Shown: positions 11,523 to 22,967 of the stretch, in pieces
Numbering within the stretch: position 1 is the first letter of the stretch
Layout of the letters: every line of letters begins with the position of its first letter
Source: Babesia bigemina
Lineage: Eukaryota
DNA length: 64,000 bases
Assembly: GCF_000981445.1 (NCBI RefSeq)
Contig: NC_027219.1
Location: 496,001 to 560,000, forward strand
Direction: 5' to 3'
Notes under the pieces: generated by a model
The model's database searches: none
What the model was told of the DNA's origin: nothing
Seen by the model: the letters and a program-made list of their open reading frames with translations, nothing else
Position numbers and translations under genes: made by a program

Positions 11523-12271
11523 ATGACAGACACGCTAATAGGTATTCGGGGCAAAGATTTCGTGGCGGTCGCCTGCGACACATACGAAAAATACTCAATC
11601 ATCACCATTAAAAATGACGATGAAAGCAAAATCAGCCAAATCGGGAAATCGACGGTCTTGATGCTGGCTGGACCACTGGGAGACCGCGTGCATTGGGGAG
11701 AACAGATCAAGCGCACGATGGAGTACTACAAATACAAAAACTCGCATGAACTATCGGCCAGCGCCGCTGCACATTTCATCAGGCTCGAACTATCCGAATA
11801 CCTCAGGCAAAGCCCGTACCAGGTGGATATGCTCATCGCAGGGGTGGATAAGGTATGTCTAACATATAGAGACGCAGCCGTGCGGCGCAGCGACGGTCTG
11901 AATCTCCACTAACCAAGTGATGCGTTAACTAATGAGTGCCGCAGGACGGGCCAAGTCTCTTCTGGATAGATTACTTGTCGAGCTGCACAGCCGTAGACAC
12001 CGCCGTTCACGGTTATGGAGGCTTTCTACTTAGAGGACTGCTCGATAAGGAATACAAGCCAGACATGACGCGTGAGGAGGCTATAGCGCTGCTAAAGCGA
12101 TGCAGGCATGAAGTCAAAAACAGGTTCCTGCTGTCACAGTCGAACTTCTCCGCGAAGATAATCGACGAGCAAGGCGTGCACGACGTCAGCATAGACGGAG
12201 ACGAAACGCCGGAAATATTCAGGGGCCGTGTACAAAGTGCGGCCATCCCTATGGATATTACCATGCACTAG
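11523..12271 (+). CDS. PSMB2: 20S proteasome subunit beta type-2 (beta4/PRE1); 2 exons
   Basis: MTDTLIGIRGKDFVAVACD...GDRV...LRQSPYQVDMLIAGVDK | DGPSLFWIDYL...HGYGG. Intron ~11852-11944. Confidence 0.93.
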
Positions 12272-12933
12272 TCCAAATCACGGCAAATGCCAACATACGG
12301 AAACTAAATTTAATGAATCGACAAATGTATTCATATCGTTTATACTTTGCATTGGTATATTTTCTGTATTAAAAAATAATGTTTAGCTTACGTGAAGTAG
12401 CGTGTTATGTGCAATTTCGGAAGCCCGCACCCTTGATTTCACAATAAATTCTGGCATCTATACTAACGTTGAGTGGCAAAACTAAGGGTAGGATTGTATC
12501 CACAGTTAACGGTCCTACAAAGTTTGTGTTATAGGGTCTGGGATGCTTAACATGCAACCACTATGAGTGAGTTATGTATGCATTTCAGATGTCATCGTCT
12601 GCCATGTGAGGTTACTTACGGCTGATGTCTCATCAGAGCTCATGACTCGCCCTATAACGGTAATCTATTTTGATCAGATACCGTACAGTTATCGGCTACG
12701 TTGTATGTAACGCGTGCACTGCCGTATACAACCTATTTACGGAGCAGACCAAGTAAACAATTCACAGTGCTTATGAGCGCACAGTTCAGGCATCTACATA
12801 GGAGGCACATCACATTTGGTAGTTTGGGGTGGAATGAGAGAATGTATCTGAAGAAAGTAACTAGGATAAAGCATTACGATTTTAGGTGTTGAAATATACA
12901 GTGCGTTAAAACGCGCTGAACTCATAAGGCCGT

Positions 12934-13130
12934 ACGCATCCCTGCAACTGCTATGCTACTGCGCCACGCCAAGGCGATGCTTATCAGCTAAACAACTGAC
13001 AAGATATAAGCCGGTGTACACCGCGATATACCAAATACTGATCTCCAGACAAAGTGTGCCTGGTGCACGATGATGCACGCATCTGCCGCTGCAACAAGAG
13101 CAGGTAAAATGGCGTCATGAACGAGATCAA
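12934..13130 (-). repeat. Left copy of a 197-nt inverted repeat downstream of a ves-like gene
   Basis: Reverse complement aligns without gaps to 18131-18327, 12 mismatches by manual count. Confidence 0.95.
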
Positions 13131-13318
13131 AAATGCCGTGAGAACCGTGTTTTTCCGCACCTGAGATCACAAATGCAGTTATAGATCGCATACATCAAAA
13201 TAGATAAAGACATTTAAAAGATTTTTAATAATTTAAAAATTCGTGTGCCAACGAATTGGGTGTCCTAACGCATAATTGTTTTGTCGAAATGTTTATAATG
13301 TCCGGCTATACTACCTAT

Positions 13319-14077
13319 TCAGTAGAAAGCCCAAAATCCGGCGAGGTCGTAGATTTGTTCCATTATATCCCTATTCAAAACGCGCAACGCCGGACGTACC
13401 TTTGCAAAACTCATGACACCGCTGCATTCCTGCTCTGTGAAACCCAACGCCTTCATTACATTCACCATACTCTTAGCTCCAGCAGGCGTTTGACCCAAAA
13501 AGGTGTCTGGGTCACTTGCCATCCACAAACTATCTATGCCCGCGTACAACATCGGCGCAATACCCACGAAAACAATTGCGCACGCCTCCGGATTTTTAGC
13601 GCATGATGCATCCCACGTCGCTTCTGAGCTGTAAGCAGACTCGTATTGGCCAGGGGTTTTGACACCTTCGACAAATATGTCACAACTACCCACAATACGA
13701 GCGACGCTGTCCGAAATGTTTCCAGGTCTCAGACGCCTTTCTTGAATAACGTTCTTATAATCACTCGAGTATTCACCTAACAAGTGCCTCGCAGAGCTAG
13801 CATGTTTAGCAACAGGCGCATTGAAGCTAACCAGCATTTCCTTCACCATCGGCATGTTCTTAAGTTCTGCTTTCTGCATGAAATCCCTAGATAGGCGTTT
13901 AACTTTCTCCAGAGATGGTATACGCGTTACACCAACAGGCTTGTCTGCGAGGAACTTGTGGATAGCCGCGCCCAAAGCCTTCACGTTCTTTTCAGCATCA
14001 GTTCCCTTCACGGCAATCAGCCAATCAAAACTCTCCTTGAGGTTGCGTGGCGCCTCGGTTAACGAATTGTACACCAT
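13319..14077 (-). CDS. Short VESA1-related (ves-like) multigene family protein, 252 aa
   Basis: SLTEAPRNLKESFDWL (ves-type N-terminus), YESAYSSEATW, CAIVFVGIAPMLYAGI, MKALGF, C-terminal YDLAGFWAFY. Paralog at 17176-17946. Confidence 0.8.
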   Translation of the reverse strand: MVYNSLTEAPRNLKESFDWLIAVKGTDAEKNVKALGAAIHKFLADKPVGVTRIPSLEKVKRLSRDFMQKAELKNMPMVKEMLVSFNAPVAKHASSARHLLGEYSSDYKNVIQERRLRPGNISDSVARIVGSCDIFVEGVKTPGQYESAYSSEATWDASCAKNPEACAIVFVGIAPMLYAGIDSLWMASDPDTFLGQTPAGAKSMVNVMKALGFTEQECSGVMSFAKVRPALRVLNRDIMEQIYDLAGFWAFY

Positions 14078-14829
14078 TTTGAAAACAATCTTAAAAACAA
14101 TGGATATATGAGTTTGAATGTTCTATGTATATGTGGGTCTGTTAGGAAAATGCTGTATCTTAACGGCAGATCGACACTAGTTCTGTCGTGCTCCAAAATA
14201 TACGTGTCTAATTATAATTTATATAACCTTCTACACAACAAATATGCGAATTGTTGGTGGGAGGATAATGATTGGATCGCTGTATTGCATCCAACTCCAC
14301 AAAAATAATGTGACATGCAAAACGCAACACGCGAGTCGTTGCCTATCTACATTTCATACAGGAACGGCGTATAATGTATCTAGGGGTATTAAAACAATTA
14401 GAGGCGATGTATAGATCTTTTAAAAGCTGCTATGTGTCGCGAATAGTGTCTCACAATCCACACCGACACATCGTCATCACGTCTGACAGTCTTGACATCA
14501 CCCAGCATGTATGCTATAGACGCCGATTTCTTAGTCACGCACCGTATCACTAAGATAGTGTCTGATCCATCTGTTGGATGAGTCACAGCTTAGACAAAAT
14601 GAAGGTCGTAAGTTGCGGGGTTGGAGGGCCGATTGCTTCGTTCCGCGGTCCGTTGTAACCCTTGTATGACGCACTTGGGTCGCACTTTTAAGCTCTTACT
14701 GATAAGAGAAAGCGCCGAATATCCAATTGATATGGTCACTTCATTTTTTGGTGGGTTTCCGGCTATGAGAGCGTAACGCGGAATTCTTGTTGGAGGGGCT
14801 CGCCGTGGAGTGCTGGCTGTGAGTCCGTG

Positions 14830-15355
14830 CTCAATGTGCTCTCTATTCCAAACTTCAAATTCCACGTGTGACCATATATATATGTGCTCTGCTATTATAG
14901 GAGAACAAATAAGACGATATTCTCCAAATAATGCGCATAAGTGACCGTTAAACCACATACATCGACCGGCGAAGCAATTTTTACGCCTCTCACAAGCATT
15001 GATAGGGCTTATCTTGTTTGTTCCGCCATATTGAGACCCTATGAAACTTACTCACTCCTCACATTAAGGGCAACACAGGGAACAGCAGTCACAAACAACT
15101 TGTCCGCATCCACAGCCACAATGGCAATGTTTACGTGCTGTTTGTGCCCTCACGCTTTTCTCGTCCAGCAATTATCACTTGTAGCAATACTCTTCCCCTT
15201 TGCGAATCCGAAATTCCCGGATCATTGTTACTTCGCAAAATCTAGGACACCTGCACAGTGCTGAACAACTTGCTCAAAAGACGATAGGAGTGGTCACTTC
15301 GATACCTTATTTACCGCATCGGCGTCATGTGCTAACAGGTTTCCTGTCAGCGCTC
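14830..15355 (-). pseudogene. Possible degraded ves1-like fragment (Cys-rich domain)
   Basis: One minus-strand frame with several stops reads ...KHCHCGCGCGQVVCDCCSLCCP*...NACERRKNCFAGRC...LCALF..PIIAEHIYIW..W, loosely resembling the VESA1 Cys/Lys-rich domain and the following helix. Confidence 0.35.
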
Positions 15356-17175
15356 AATGTGTAACATTGCATAGATTATGAGACGCTTCTAACTAAGCTC
15401 TGTTGAAGATGCGTAGCTCAGCGGTTGAGCATAATTCCGCCACAGACGCTGCTGTGCACAATACATAAGCAATATTACGCTTAGAATATACTTCAATTTG
15501 TTATGTTTCCGATAAATGCTGCAAATCGTGACTTGCGCGGGTCGACGTTGCCATGCGCTGAGAGCGGCGCGAGGTAAAAATGATGTTGGTCATTGAGGCA
15601 ACATACAGAAATTATGAGAATAGTAGTCCTTTTAATGAGAGCATAGCGTCTTAAAGTAACCATAGAAGAAGCATTTGCTATGTTTTTGAGTTCCTATGCT
15701 CACAGAACGTACAAGACGTATTAGCTCGCTGAGAATAGATCGTGCGAACCACATACGAAACACCGTTAACCAACAGCATCAACCGTGCAATCTTAAATCG
15801 CAATTTCTAATGTTGCTTTATATTACCCCCAATTTATGAGTAAAACTATAATTTTTTACTTGCCATACAAATTGTTCTATGCCACATTTCCAGCTTATAC
15901 CTCTGTTGCAATAAGAACAGATCAAATGAAGGATGAAGCTGGAGGATCATACATAGCAGTTTGCAGCAACCATCGTAGGGCTAGGACATATTTATAACGA
16001 GGTTTTCAGATACCCGTAGTCAATCCCCTTAATCGGGATGCGGTGGTCGTCATTGGAAGATCGTTACCACTGCTTTACAAAAGTATAGGTAGTGCCGTTT
16101 TTTGGTGTATCAGAACCCAAATGCAATTTTTTGAATTCAGGCGTACAAGGCGTCACCATTTCTCCATCTGTTGTCAAAACAACGGTGGCAGCAACAAAGG
16201 CTGGAGTGATGTTCACTCGCGTACATTATATGAAGAATCCTAAGCGCATTCATCACTAGTGACGTCACAACCATATTAGGTGTCCTCTACTGATCATATA
16301 TACATAGTTCTGTCTACTTACGCTTTGCTAAGGTGGCGCAGTGCAGTTCTGACGCCGCGTTCATGCCGAGAAAAAAAAGTTAGATAAACTATTCGGCAGT
16401 AAACATTCGACATGGTCATGCTCACATTTTTGCGATTGTCTGCAAAATAATTTTGCCACCTTGGACTTCTACGGCCAAATCGGCAATCATTACAATCCTG
16501 CTTGTAAATGCGTTGTAAAATGCCCCATAACATAGACGTATGACTTAATCATACCGGATGTAATTGGAGGCCGCGTACTGGCAATCGGATTGTAAGGCTG
16601 AGCTGGTGATCATCCATGTCAGCAGGCACTAGATGCCAACGTAAATGCAGCAGCACGTAACACGCCAGCCTACCTCTTGAACGTCCCAATACCAGATAGT
16701 TTGAAGCGTTAATATATACGAAATGATGAGTGATGTCGCTATGCTTCCCGAAGTGACAGTCTTGGGATGGGGTATACACTCTAACGTACTACACGCAACC
16801 CGTGGTAACTATGCAAAAACAAATTCGGATTCACACATGTATTTGAATCGTAACACTCCATGAGTGCCATGCTTGCTTGAACCTTAAATATGGCAATGAA
16901 ATGCATTGTGGATTCTGCATGCCAGGTCAGTGCTATGGCTTGGATGCGGTGGTACAACGAATTAGTCGTACCCTTATGATACGCATGCGTGTTATATCAA
17001 CAGCGATGTATGTTTCAATTGGTTAAATCTGCATTAAAGGGCAACAGCACTGTTGTGCCACTCGCCAATAAGGCGCAGCTGTTTACATACAAGGTCAGCT
17101 TTATAAAAGGGCCTTCAAATAGACAGACAACACACACGTTCGTTCAAGCCGCCTAAACAAACGCTTTATTACAAA

Positions 17176-17946
17176 ATGGTGTACAAATCGTTGACTGACA
17201 TCCCTCGAAACGTCAAGGAAGGTATTGACTGGTTGATAGCGTTGAGGGGAACGGATGCGGAAACGAACTTCAACGCTATGGGTGTTGCACTTCACAAATT
17301 ACTTGCAGACAAGCCAGTTGGTACCATGAAGGTGCCAGCGCTGGAGAATGTTAAACAAATTTCCAAGCAGTTCATGGAGCAAACGCAACTTAGTAGTTAC
17401 GGATTTGTAAGAGAAATGATCTCGAGATATAATAAGCGTATGAGTAAAAGAAAGCCCTGCTTTTTATATAAAAGCTTTATTCGTGGAGACCAAGACGAAT
17501 GTCATTATATGAACGTTGTGAAGGCCCATAATGTCACTGCCGAGCTGATGTCAGCGCAGATGACTGGTATTACGTCTAGTTGTGAAAGGTTCCTGGGCCA
17601 TATTCGAAACCCTGGCAAGTACAAGTCCGCTTACAGTCCGGAAGCGACGTGGCAGGCATCATGTGCGCAGGACCCAGAGGGTTGCGCAGTAATCTTCGTG
17701 GGCATTGCACCAATGTTGTACGCAGGCATAATATGTTTGTGGTTGGCAAGTGCCCCCCCATTATTAAGATGGAGCGAAACTACAGACAACACGCATTTAA
17801 GAATTGTAATGAAAGAGTTGGGTTACGTAGTGCCAGAATGCCTCGATGGCCTGACCCGCTTGCATGTCCGCGAGGCGTTGAGAGATATGCATCATCGTCT
17901 ATTAGACGTCGTATACGACATGGCAGGATTTTGGGCTTTCTATTGA
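17176..17946 (+). CDS. Short VESA1-related (ves-like) multigene family protein, 256 aa
   Basis: MVYKSLTDIPRNVKEGIDWLIALRGTD...YKSAYSPEATW...CAVIFVGIAPMLYAGI...YDMAGFWAFY. Colinear paralog of 13319-14077. Confidence 0.8.
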   Translation: MVYKSLTDIPRNVKEGIDWLIALRGTDAETNFNAMGVALHKLLADKPVGTMKVPALENVKQISKQFMEQTQLSSYGFVREMISRYNKRMSKRKPCFLYKSFIRGDQDECHYMNVVKAHNVTAELMSAQMTGITSSCERFLGHIRNPGKYKSAYSPEATWQASCAQDPEGCAVIFVGIAPMLYAGIICLWLASAPPLLRWSETTDNTHLRIVMKELGYVVPECLDGLTRLHVREALRDMHHRLLDVVYDMAGFWAFY

Positions 17947-18130
17947 TCATGGTTTGCAAGAGTTGTAAAATCAACTTGACAAGCAAATTTTGGTGAGGGC
18001 GCCCAGTCAATTGGCATATAAATTTTCAAAACATTTCGACTTTTTGAATGATGTCAAACTTTTTATATACCTTATATATCCATTACACTCGTGTTTCTGT
18101 ACAGGGGCAAACGCGTTTCTGAATTTCCAT

Positions 18131-18327
18131 TTGATATCGTTCATGACGCCATTTTACCTGCTCTTGTTGCAGCGGCAGATGCGTGCATCATCGTGTACCA
18201 GGCACAATTAGTCTGGATATCAGTATTTGGTATATCGCGGTGTCCACCGGCTTATACCTTGTTAGTTGTTAAGCTGATACGCATCGCCTTGGCGTGGCTC
18301 AGTGGCATAGCAGTTGCAGGGATGCGT
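18131..18327 (+). repeat. Right copy of the 197-nt inverted repeat downstream of a ves-like gene
   Basis: Inverted, ungapped match to 12934-13130. Confidence 0.95.
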
Positions 18328-19315
18328 GTAGCATATTGGGTGCACGGTCCTTACACGCGTAGATTGTTTTACCTGGGAACGATATCCTTGATTGTAAACA
18401 ATTTCCTGAATCTGCATGATATTATTATGTCCATAGTACGTAGCTGCTGCTTAGGTGGCTGTTGTTGCGTTGAGGCTACTACAAATCGTGTGGTTACTGC
18501 GCAGCGTAAAGCGCTTTCTCTGTCAGATGCAACACCACCAGCAACTACACAAAACATATAGTCCAACACTTCCCAACAACGTGTAGGCATTAAGTTCGTA
18601 TCGTGAGAAAACGCACTCGCCGAACGTAACCACATACCATAATATACAACTTGAAAAATATTAAAATTAATAAATAAAACCGTACAAAGACAAATGCAGA
18701 ACAGCAGCATACTCGAGTCGAAAAGGAAAGATTCCAAAAAATGATAACGGTGGTTACCTGAGCATGTCTACGATGTGTAGAATCAGCGGTGTTTACGATC
18801 GAGTCTCAAGGTAATACACTTCTGACCATAACCAGGGCAGTTAAACGTATGGTACCATTTATTTGCTCGATATCAAGTTATGCATCATTATTCAAATTAT
18901 CGTTCCGATTTCAAAATGAAAGTTAGGCTTTTATATAGCTGCATACAACCTTTGTGGATGCATAATGTCTGTCTACAGGCAACAGCGCAAAATCAACAAG
19001 TCACTAAGATTATCACCGGTGATCTGCGACGAAAATTCCACTTGTAGAGGTCTCATGACACATTGACACACCATACATCATTTGAGTCATTGAAATACTC
19101 CATTCACAATACATTACGTGTCAATGCATATTTACGTGTCTGAAAATACGTTCATATGTCAACGTGACTTAAACGCAGTAGATTATTCTTATATACTCTT
19201 TGGAGGCCTCTTGGTCGACACTTTGATTCTTCTATATGGCATGATTTAAAATTTAGGTTAAGCTGCTGCATGGTTGCAATGCTGTGCTCGACATAAGTGG
19301 TTCAATTCTCTAATA

Positions 19316-22063
19316 ATGTCAAACTTTAGTAGCTGTGGGCGTCGAATCGGCGCCTACGCTCTCTGTCTCTACATGGTCGGCTTTAGTGTTTTCGCAGCCG
19401 GGGATCCTGGTGATGGAAACACTTTTAATTGTGGACCGTATCGTCCCAGACCCATCTCCCTTTACGCTGGTAAAGCGAATGAGATTAATAAATTTAAAGA
19501 TATAGAAGTCTTATATCATCGTGCAGCGCAACTTCAAAGTCCTCTGAAAAAAATCGCGGAGGCAGTACCCAAGTCTGAAGATCCACCAGAAAAGAAAGAA
19601 GCACTGCAGCATCTGTGCAATGAGTTTTCGAATGGCTTAGAGGGTATAATAAATGCTACAAAGGACTATGCCGAACGAGGAAGAATGTTGCGTGAAGCTC
19701 GACAAATAATTATCGAATTAAAAAGTGGCTCACCAACAATTATGCGGTCAAACGAACTTAATAAAGCTATGAAACTCCTAGATCAAAGTTTCGAATGTAA
19801 ATACCGCTTATTATCCGACATTCACCAAAACGACATGTATGAATATGTTTCCAGGCTTTTGGACATACAACAGCTTGTTAATACACACAAGGTTCCAGAA
19901 CCTTCTGCTAAGGAAGGGGGGATTATGGAAGGCAAGGTTAATGATGCACCGAATGCTAAACCTCCGTTTTACTACGGCAGTGCACTGGATCGAAAACGCA
20001 CCGATCCGCAATATTTATCAGATACATTGAATATAATTCGGGCTGACTTGAATAAAATAGATGTTATATTACGTGATCCATTGATGGAAGATAAAGGGTC
20101 GGTTGACGCCGTTAATAACATATTATCATATTTCCATAAATTTGAAGTCAAAGCACAGGATTTTGTAAAATTCGTGTCTCAATGCCTGAAAAAGTTCGGT
20201 GCAGAAACGCGTTTGTTCAAACGGATGGACACTATCATTAACCAACTGAATGCGTTAGATGTGAATTCGCATAAAGCAATTCCGTATTTAAAACGGTATA
20301 AGAGAGTAGAATCGAAAATAAATGAACTATTAGTTCTCAAAGAGACCATAGTGCTAGACGATTTACAGCGGGAAGTATCTCAGATACTGAATAAGCTGCT
20401 GCAGTTGGTAGACGACATAAAGCGTAAAAAACGTAACTTGAATCCACCACCACTACCTCTACCACGAAAATCACGACAACAACCACCACTTCCTCTACCA
20501 CGAAAAACACAAGAACAACCAGCACTATCTCAACCACGAAAACCACAAGAACAACCAGCACTATCTCAACCACGAAAACCACAAGAACAACCAGCACTAT
20601 CTCAACCAGCTAAACCACAAGAACAAACAGCTAAACCACAAGAACAACCAGCACTATCTCAACCAGCTAAACCACAAGAACAAACAGCTAAACCACAAGA
20701 ACAACCAGCTAAACCACAAGAACAACCAGCACTATCTCAACCAGCTAAACCACAAGAACAACCAGCACTATCTCAACCACGAAAACCACAAGAACAACCA
20801 GCACTATCTCAACCACGAAAACCACAAGAACAACCAGCTAAACCACAAGAACAACCAGCACTATCTCAACCAGCTAAACCACAAGAACAAACAGCTAAAC
20901 CACAAGAACAACCAGCTAAACCACAAGAACAACCAGCACTATCTCAACCAGCTAAACCACAAGAACAACCAGCACTATCTCAACCAGCTAAATCACCAGC
21001 ACTATCTCAACCAGCTAAACCACAAGAACAACCAGCTAAACCACAAGAACAACCAGCTAAACCACAAGAACAACCAGCACTATCTCAACCAGCTAAACCA
21101 CAAGAACAACCAGCACTATCTCAACCAGCTAAACCACAAGAACAACCAGCACTATCTCAACCAGCTAAACCACAAGAACAACCAGCTAAACCACAAGAAC
21201 AACCAGCACTATCTCAACCAGCTAAACCACAAGAACAACCAGCACTATCTCAACCACGAAAACCACAAGAACAACCAGCACTATCTCAACCAGCTAAACC
21301 ACAAGAACAACCAGCACTATCTCAACCAGCTAAACCACAAGAACAACCAGCTAAACCACAAGAACAACCAGCTAAACCACAAGAACAACCAGCACTATCT
21401 CAACCAGCTAAACCACAAGAACAACCAGCTAAACCACAAGAACAACCAGCTAAACCACAAGAACAACCAGCTAAACCACAAGAACAACCAGCACTATCTC
21501 AACCAGCTAAACCACAAGAACAACCAGCTAAACCACAAGAACAACCAGCACTATCTCAACCAGCTAAACCACAAGAACAACCAGCACTATCTCAACCACG
21601 AAAACCACAAGAACAACCAGCACTATCTCAACCAGCTAAACCACAAGAACAAACAGCTAAACCACAAGAACAACCAGCTAAACCACAAGAACAACCAGCA
21701 CTATCTCAACCACGAAAACCACAAGAACAACCAGCACTATCTCAACCACGAAAATCACAAGAACAACCAGCTAAACCACAAGAACAACCAGCTAAACCAC
21801 AAGAACAACCAGCACTATCTCAACCACGAAAATCACAAGAACAACCAGCTAAACCACAAGAACAACCAGCACTCCAATCAATCAAAACACGTATACCAAC
21901 ATTGGATGAGGCGTCACGTGAATCGGTTAAACAAGAAGGCAGCGGTGGTGCTGTGAAAAGCACACGCTTTAGAAATCACCACGAACTAACTTCAGGAGTT
22001 GCCAAAGTTGGTATTAACTCTTTTGGAATCATATTGGCACTTGGTGTGATTGGGGCGCTGTGA
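19316..22063 (+). CDS. Secreted/surface antigen with helical N-domain, long Pro/Gln/Lys repeat stalk and C-terminal hydrophobic tail (possible GPI signal)
   Basis: Single ORF; signal-like IGAYALCLYMVGFSVFAA; ~475 aa of PALSQ/PAKPQEQ repeats; ends SFGIILALGVIGAL* with no cytoplasmic tail. Confidence 0.85.
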   Translation: MSNFSSCGRRIGAYALCLYMVGFSVFAAGDPGDGNTFNCGPYRPRPISLYAGKANEINKFKDIEVLYHRAAQLQSPLKKIAEAVPKSEDPPEKKEALQHLCNEFSNGLEGIINATKDYAERGRMLREARQIIIELKSGSPTIMRSNELNKAMKLLDQSFECKYRLLSDIHQNDMYEYVSRLLDIQQLVNTHKVPEPSAKEGGIMEGKVNDAPNAKPPFYYGSALDRKRTDPQYLSDTLNIIRADLNKIDVILRDPLMEDKGSVDAVNNILSYFHKFEVKAQDFVKFVSQCLKKFGAETRLFKRMDTIINQLNALDVNSHKAIPYLKRYKRVESKINELLVLKETIVLDDLQREVSQILNKLLQLVDDIKRKKRNLNPPPLPLPRKSRQQPPLPLPRKTQEQPALSQPRKPQEQPALSQPRKPQEQPALSQPAKPQEQTAKPQEQPALSQPAKPQEQTAKPQEQPAKPQEQPALSQPAKPQEQPALSQPRKPQEQPALSQPRKPQEQPAKPQEQPALSQPAKPQEQTAKPQEQPAKPQEQPALSQPAKPQEQPALSQPAKSPALSQPAKPQEQPAKPQEQPAKPQEQPALSQPAKPQEQPALSQPAKPQEQPALSQPAKPQEQPAKPQEQPALSQPAKPQEQPALSQPRKPQEQPALSQPAKPQEQPALSQPAKPQEQPAKPQEQPAKPQEQPALSQPAKPQEQPAKPQEQPAKPQEQPAKPQEQPALSQPAKPQEQPAKPQEQPALSQPAKPQEQPALSQPRKPQEQPALSQPAKPQEQTAKPQEQPAKPQEQPALSQPRKPQEQPALSQPRKSQEQPAKPQEQPAKPQEQPALSQPRKSQEQPAKPQEQPALQSIKTRIPTLDEASRESVKQEGSGGAVKSTRFRNHHELTSGVAKVGINSFGIILALGVIGAL
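20444..21878 (+). repeat. Coding minisatellite built from 15-nt (CCAGCACTATCTCAA) and 21-nt (CCAGCTAAACCACAAGAACAA) modules
   Basis: Near-perfect tandem array visible directly; variants CGA/GCT (R/A), ACA/CCA (T/P), TCA/CCA (S/P). Confidence 0.97.
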
Positions 22064-22967
22064 TTCCAGGAAACAGAAAGCGCTTCCATCTAGAAGGCGA
22101 GTGGAGATCATAACACCACTCATATACAACAGCGGAGTATTATGACCGCTTAACGGCATTATAGAAACTCATATATGCATAAAAGTGCCGTTTAATACCG
22201 ATTTTATTGGAAAAGCCATGTCAACGTAAGCTGCGATACAGCTAAATTGCCAGCCTAATGGTGGAAGCGGTAAAATTTCAGAGCTGTGCCTGTTGTGATA
22301 GTGGATGCACAGATGTAATGCCGTGCCTATATCGCATAACTGTCGGCTCAAAACTATAGCCTTTAATCTACCTCATCTATGAGATGTGCACATTGTTCGA
22401 AGTAAGATTGTGAATGCTGTGAAACGAAACCATGTGACTCCACACCCAAAATAATCTACATGGTTTGTTTTACATCTGTTCTCCCTTATCAGATCTAAAA
22501 ATATGGGAGTTAAACGGGCATTTCCACGAATTGATTGACCACTCCGGTACATTGGCACCTAAAACGTAATTAGTTGCATATTCTTTAAAATGAACTATCA
22601 AGTTACCACACATCTATCCGTGTGATTGCACCCGTGTGACGCGATAATTTTTTTTACACATATTAAACAGAAGTAGGCCCACGCCACAAGTGCCCTCCGA
22701 GCAGATACGAAGCAATAACAAACAGGGAATTTATGACAACATTTACCGCCTAATAGTTGAGCCTGTTGATTACTGCTTCCATGTATTTCGGTTGGATGAA
22801 ATAAAATTTCTGCTCACGTGTCTAATGATGCACCTGACTTTATGAAGGTTGGGTTGGATGAACGAACTTCGAAGCATGGATTACCTATTACGTTAACACA
22901 AATCTGTGTGCTGTTGAATCTTTAGGAATATTAGTAACACTTTACACATTAACGACACGCGAGTAGG

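Noticed and set aside
12925..18336. The IR-flanked cassette as a DNA transposon
   Set aside because: No transposase and no convincing target-site duplication. The repeats sit at a fixed distance from paralogous stops, so they are better explained as gene-associated elements.
20444..21878. CRISPR-like or telomeric array
   Set aside because: No unique spacers; units are multiples of 3 within one ORF; eukaryotic context; not a TTTAGGG-type repeat.
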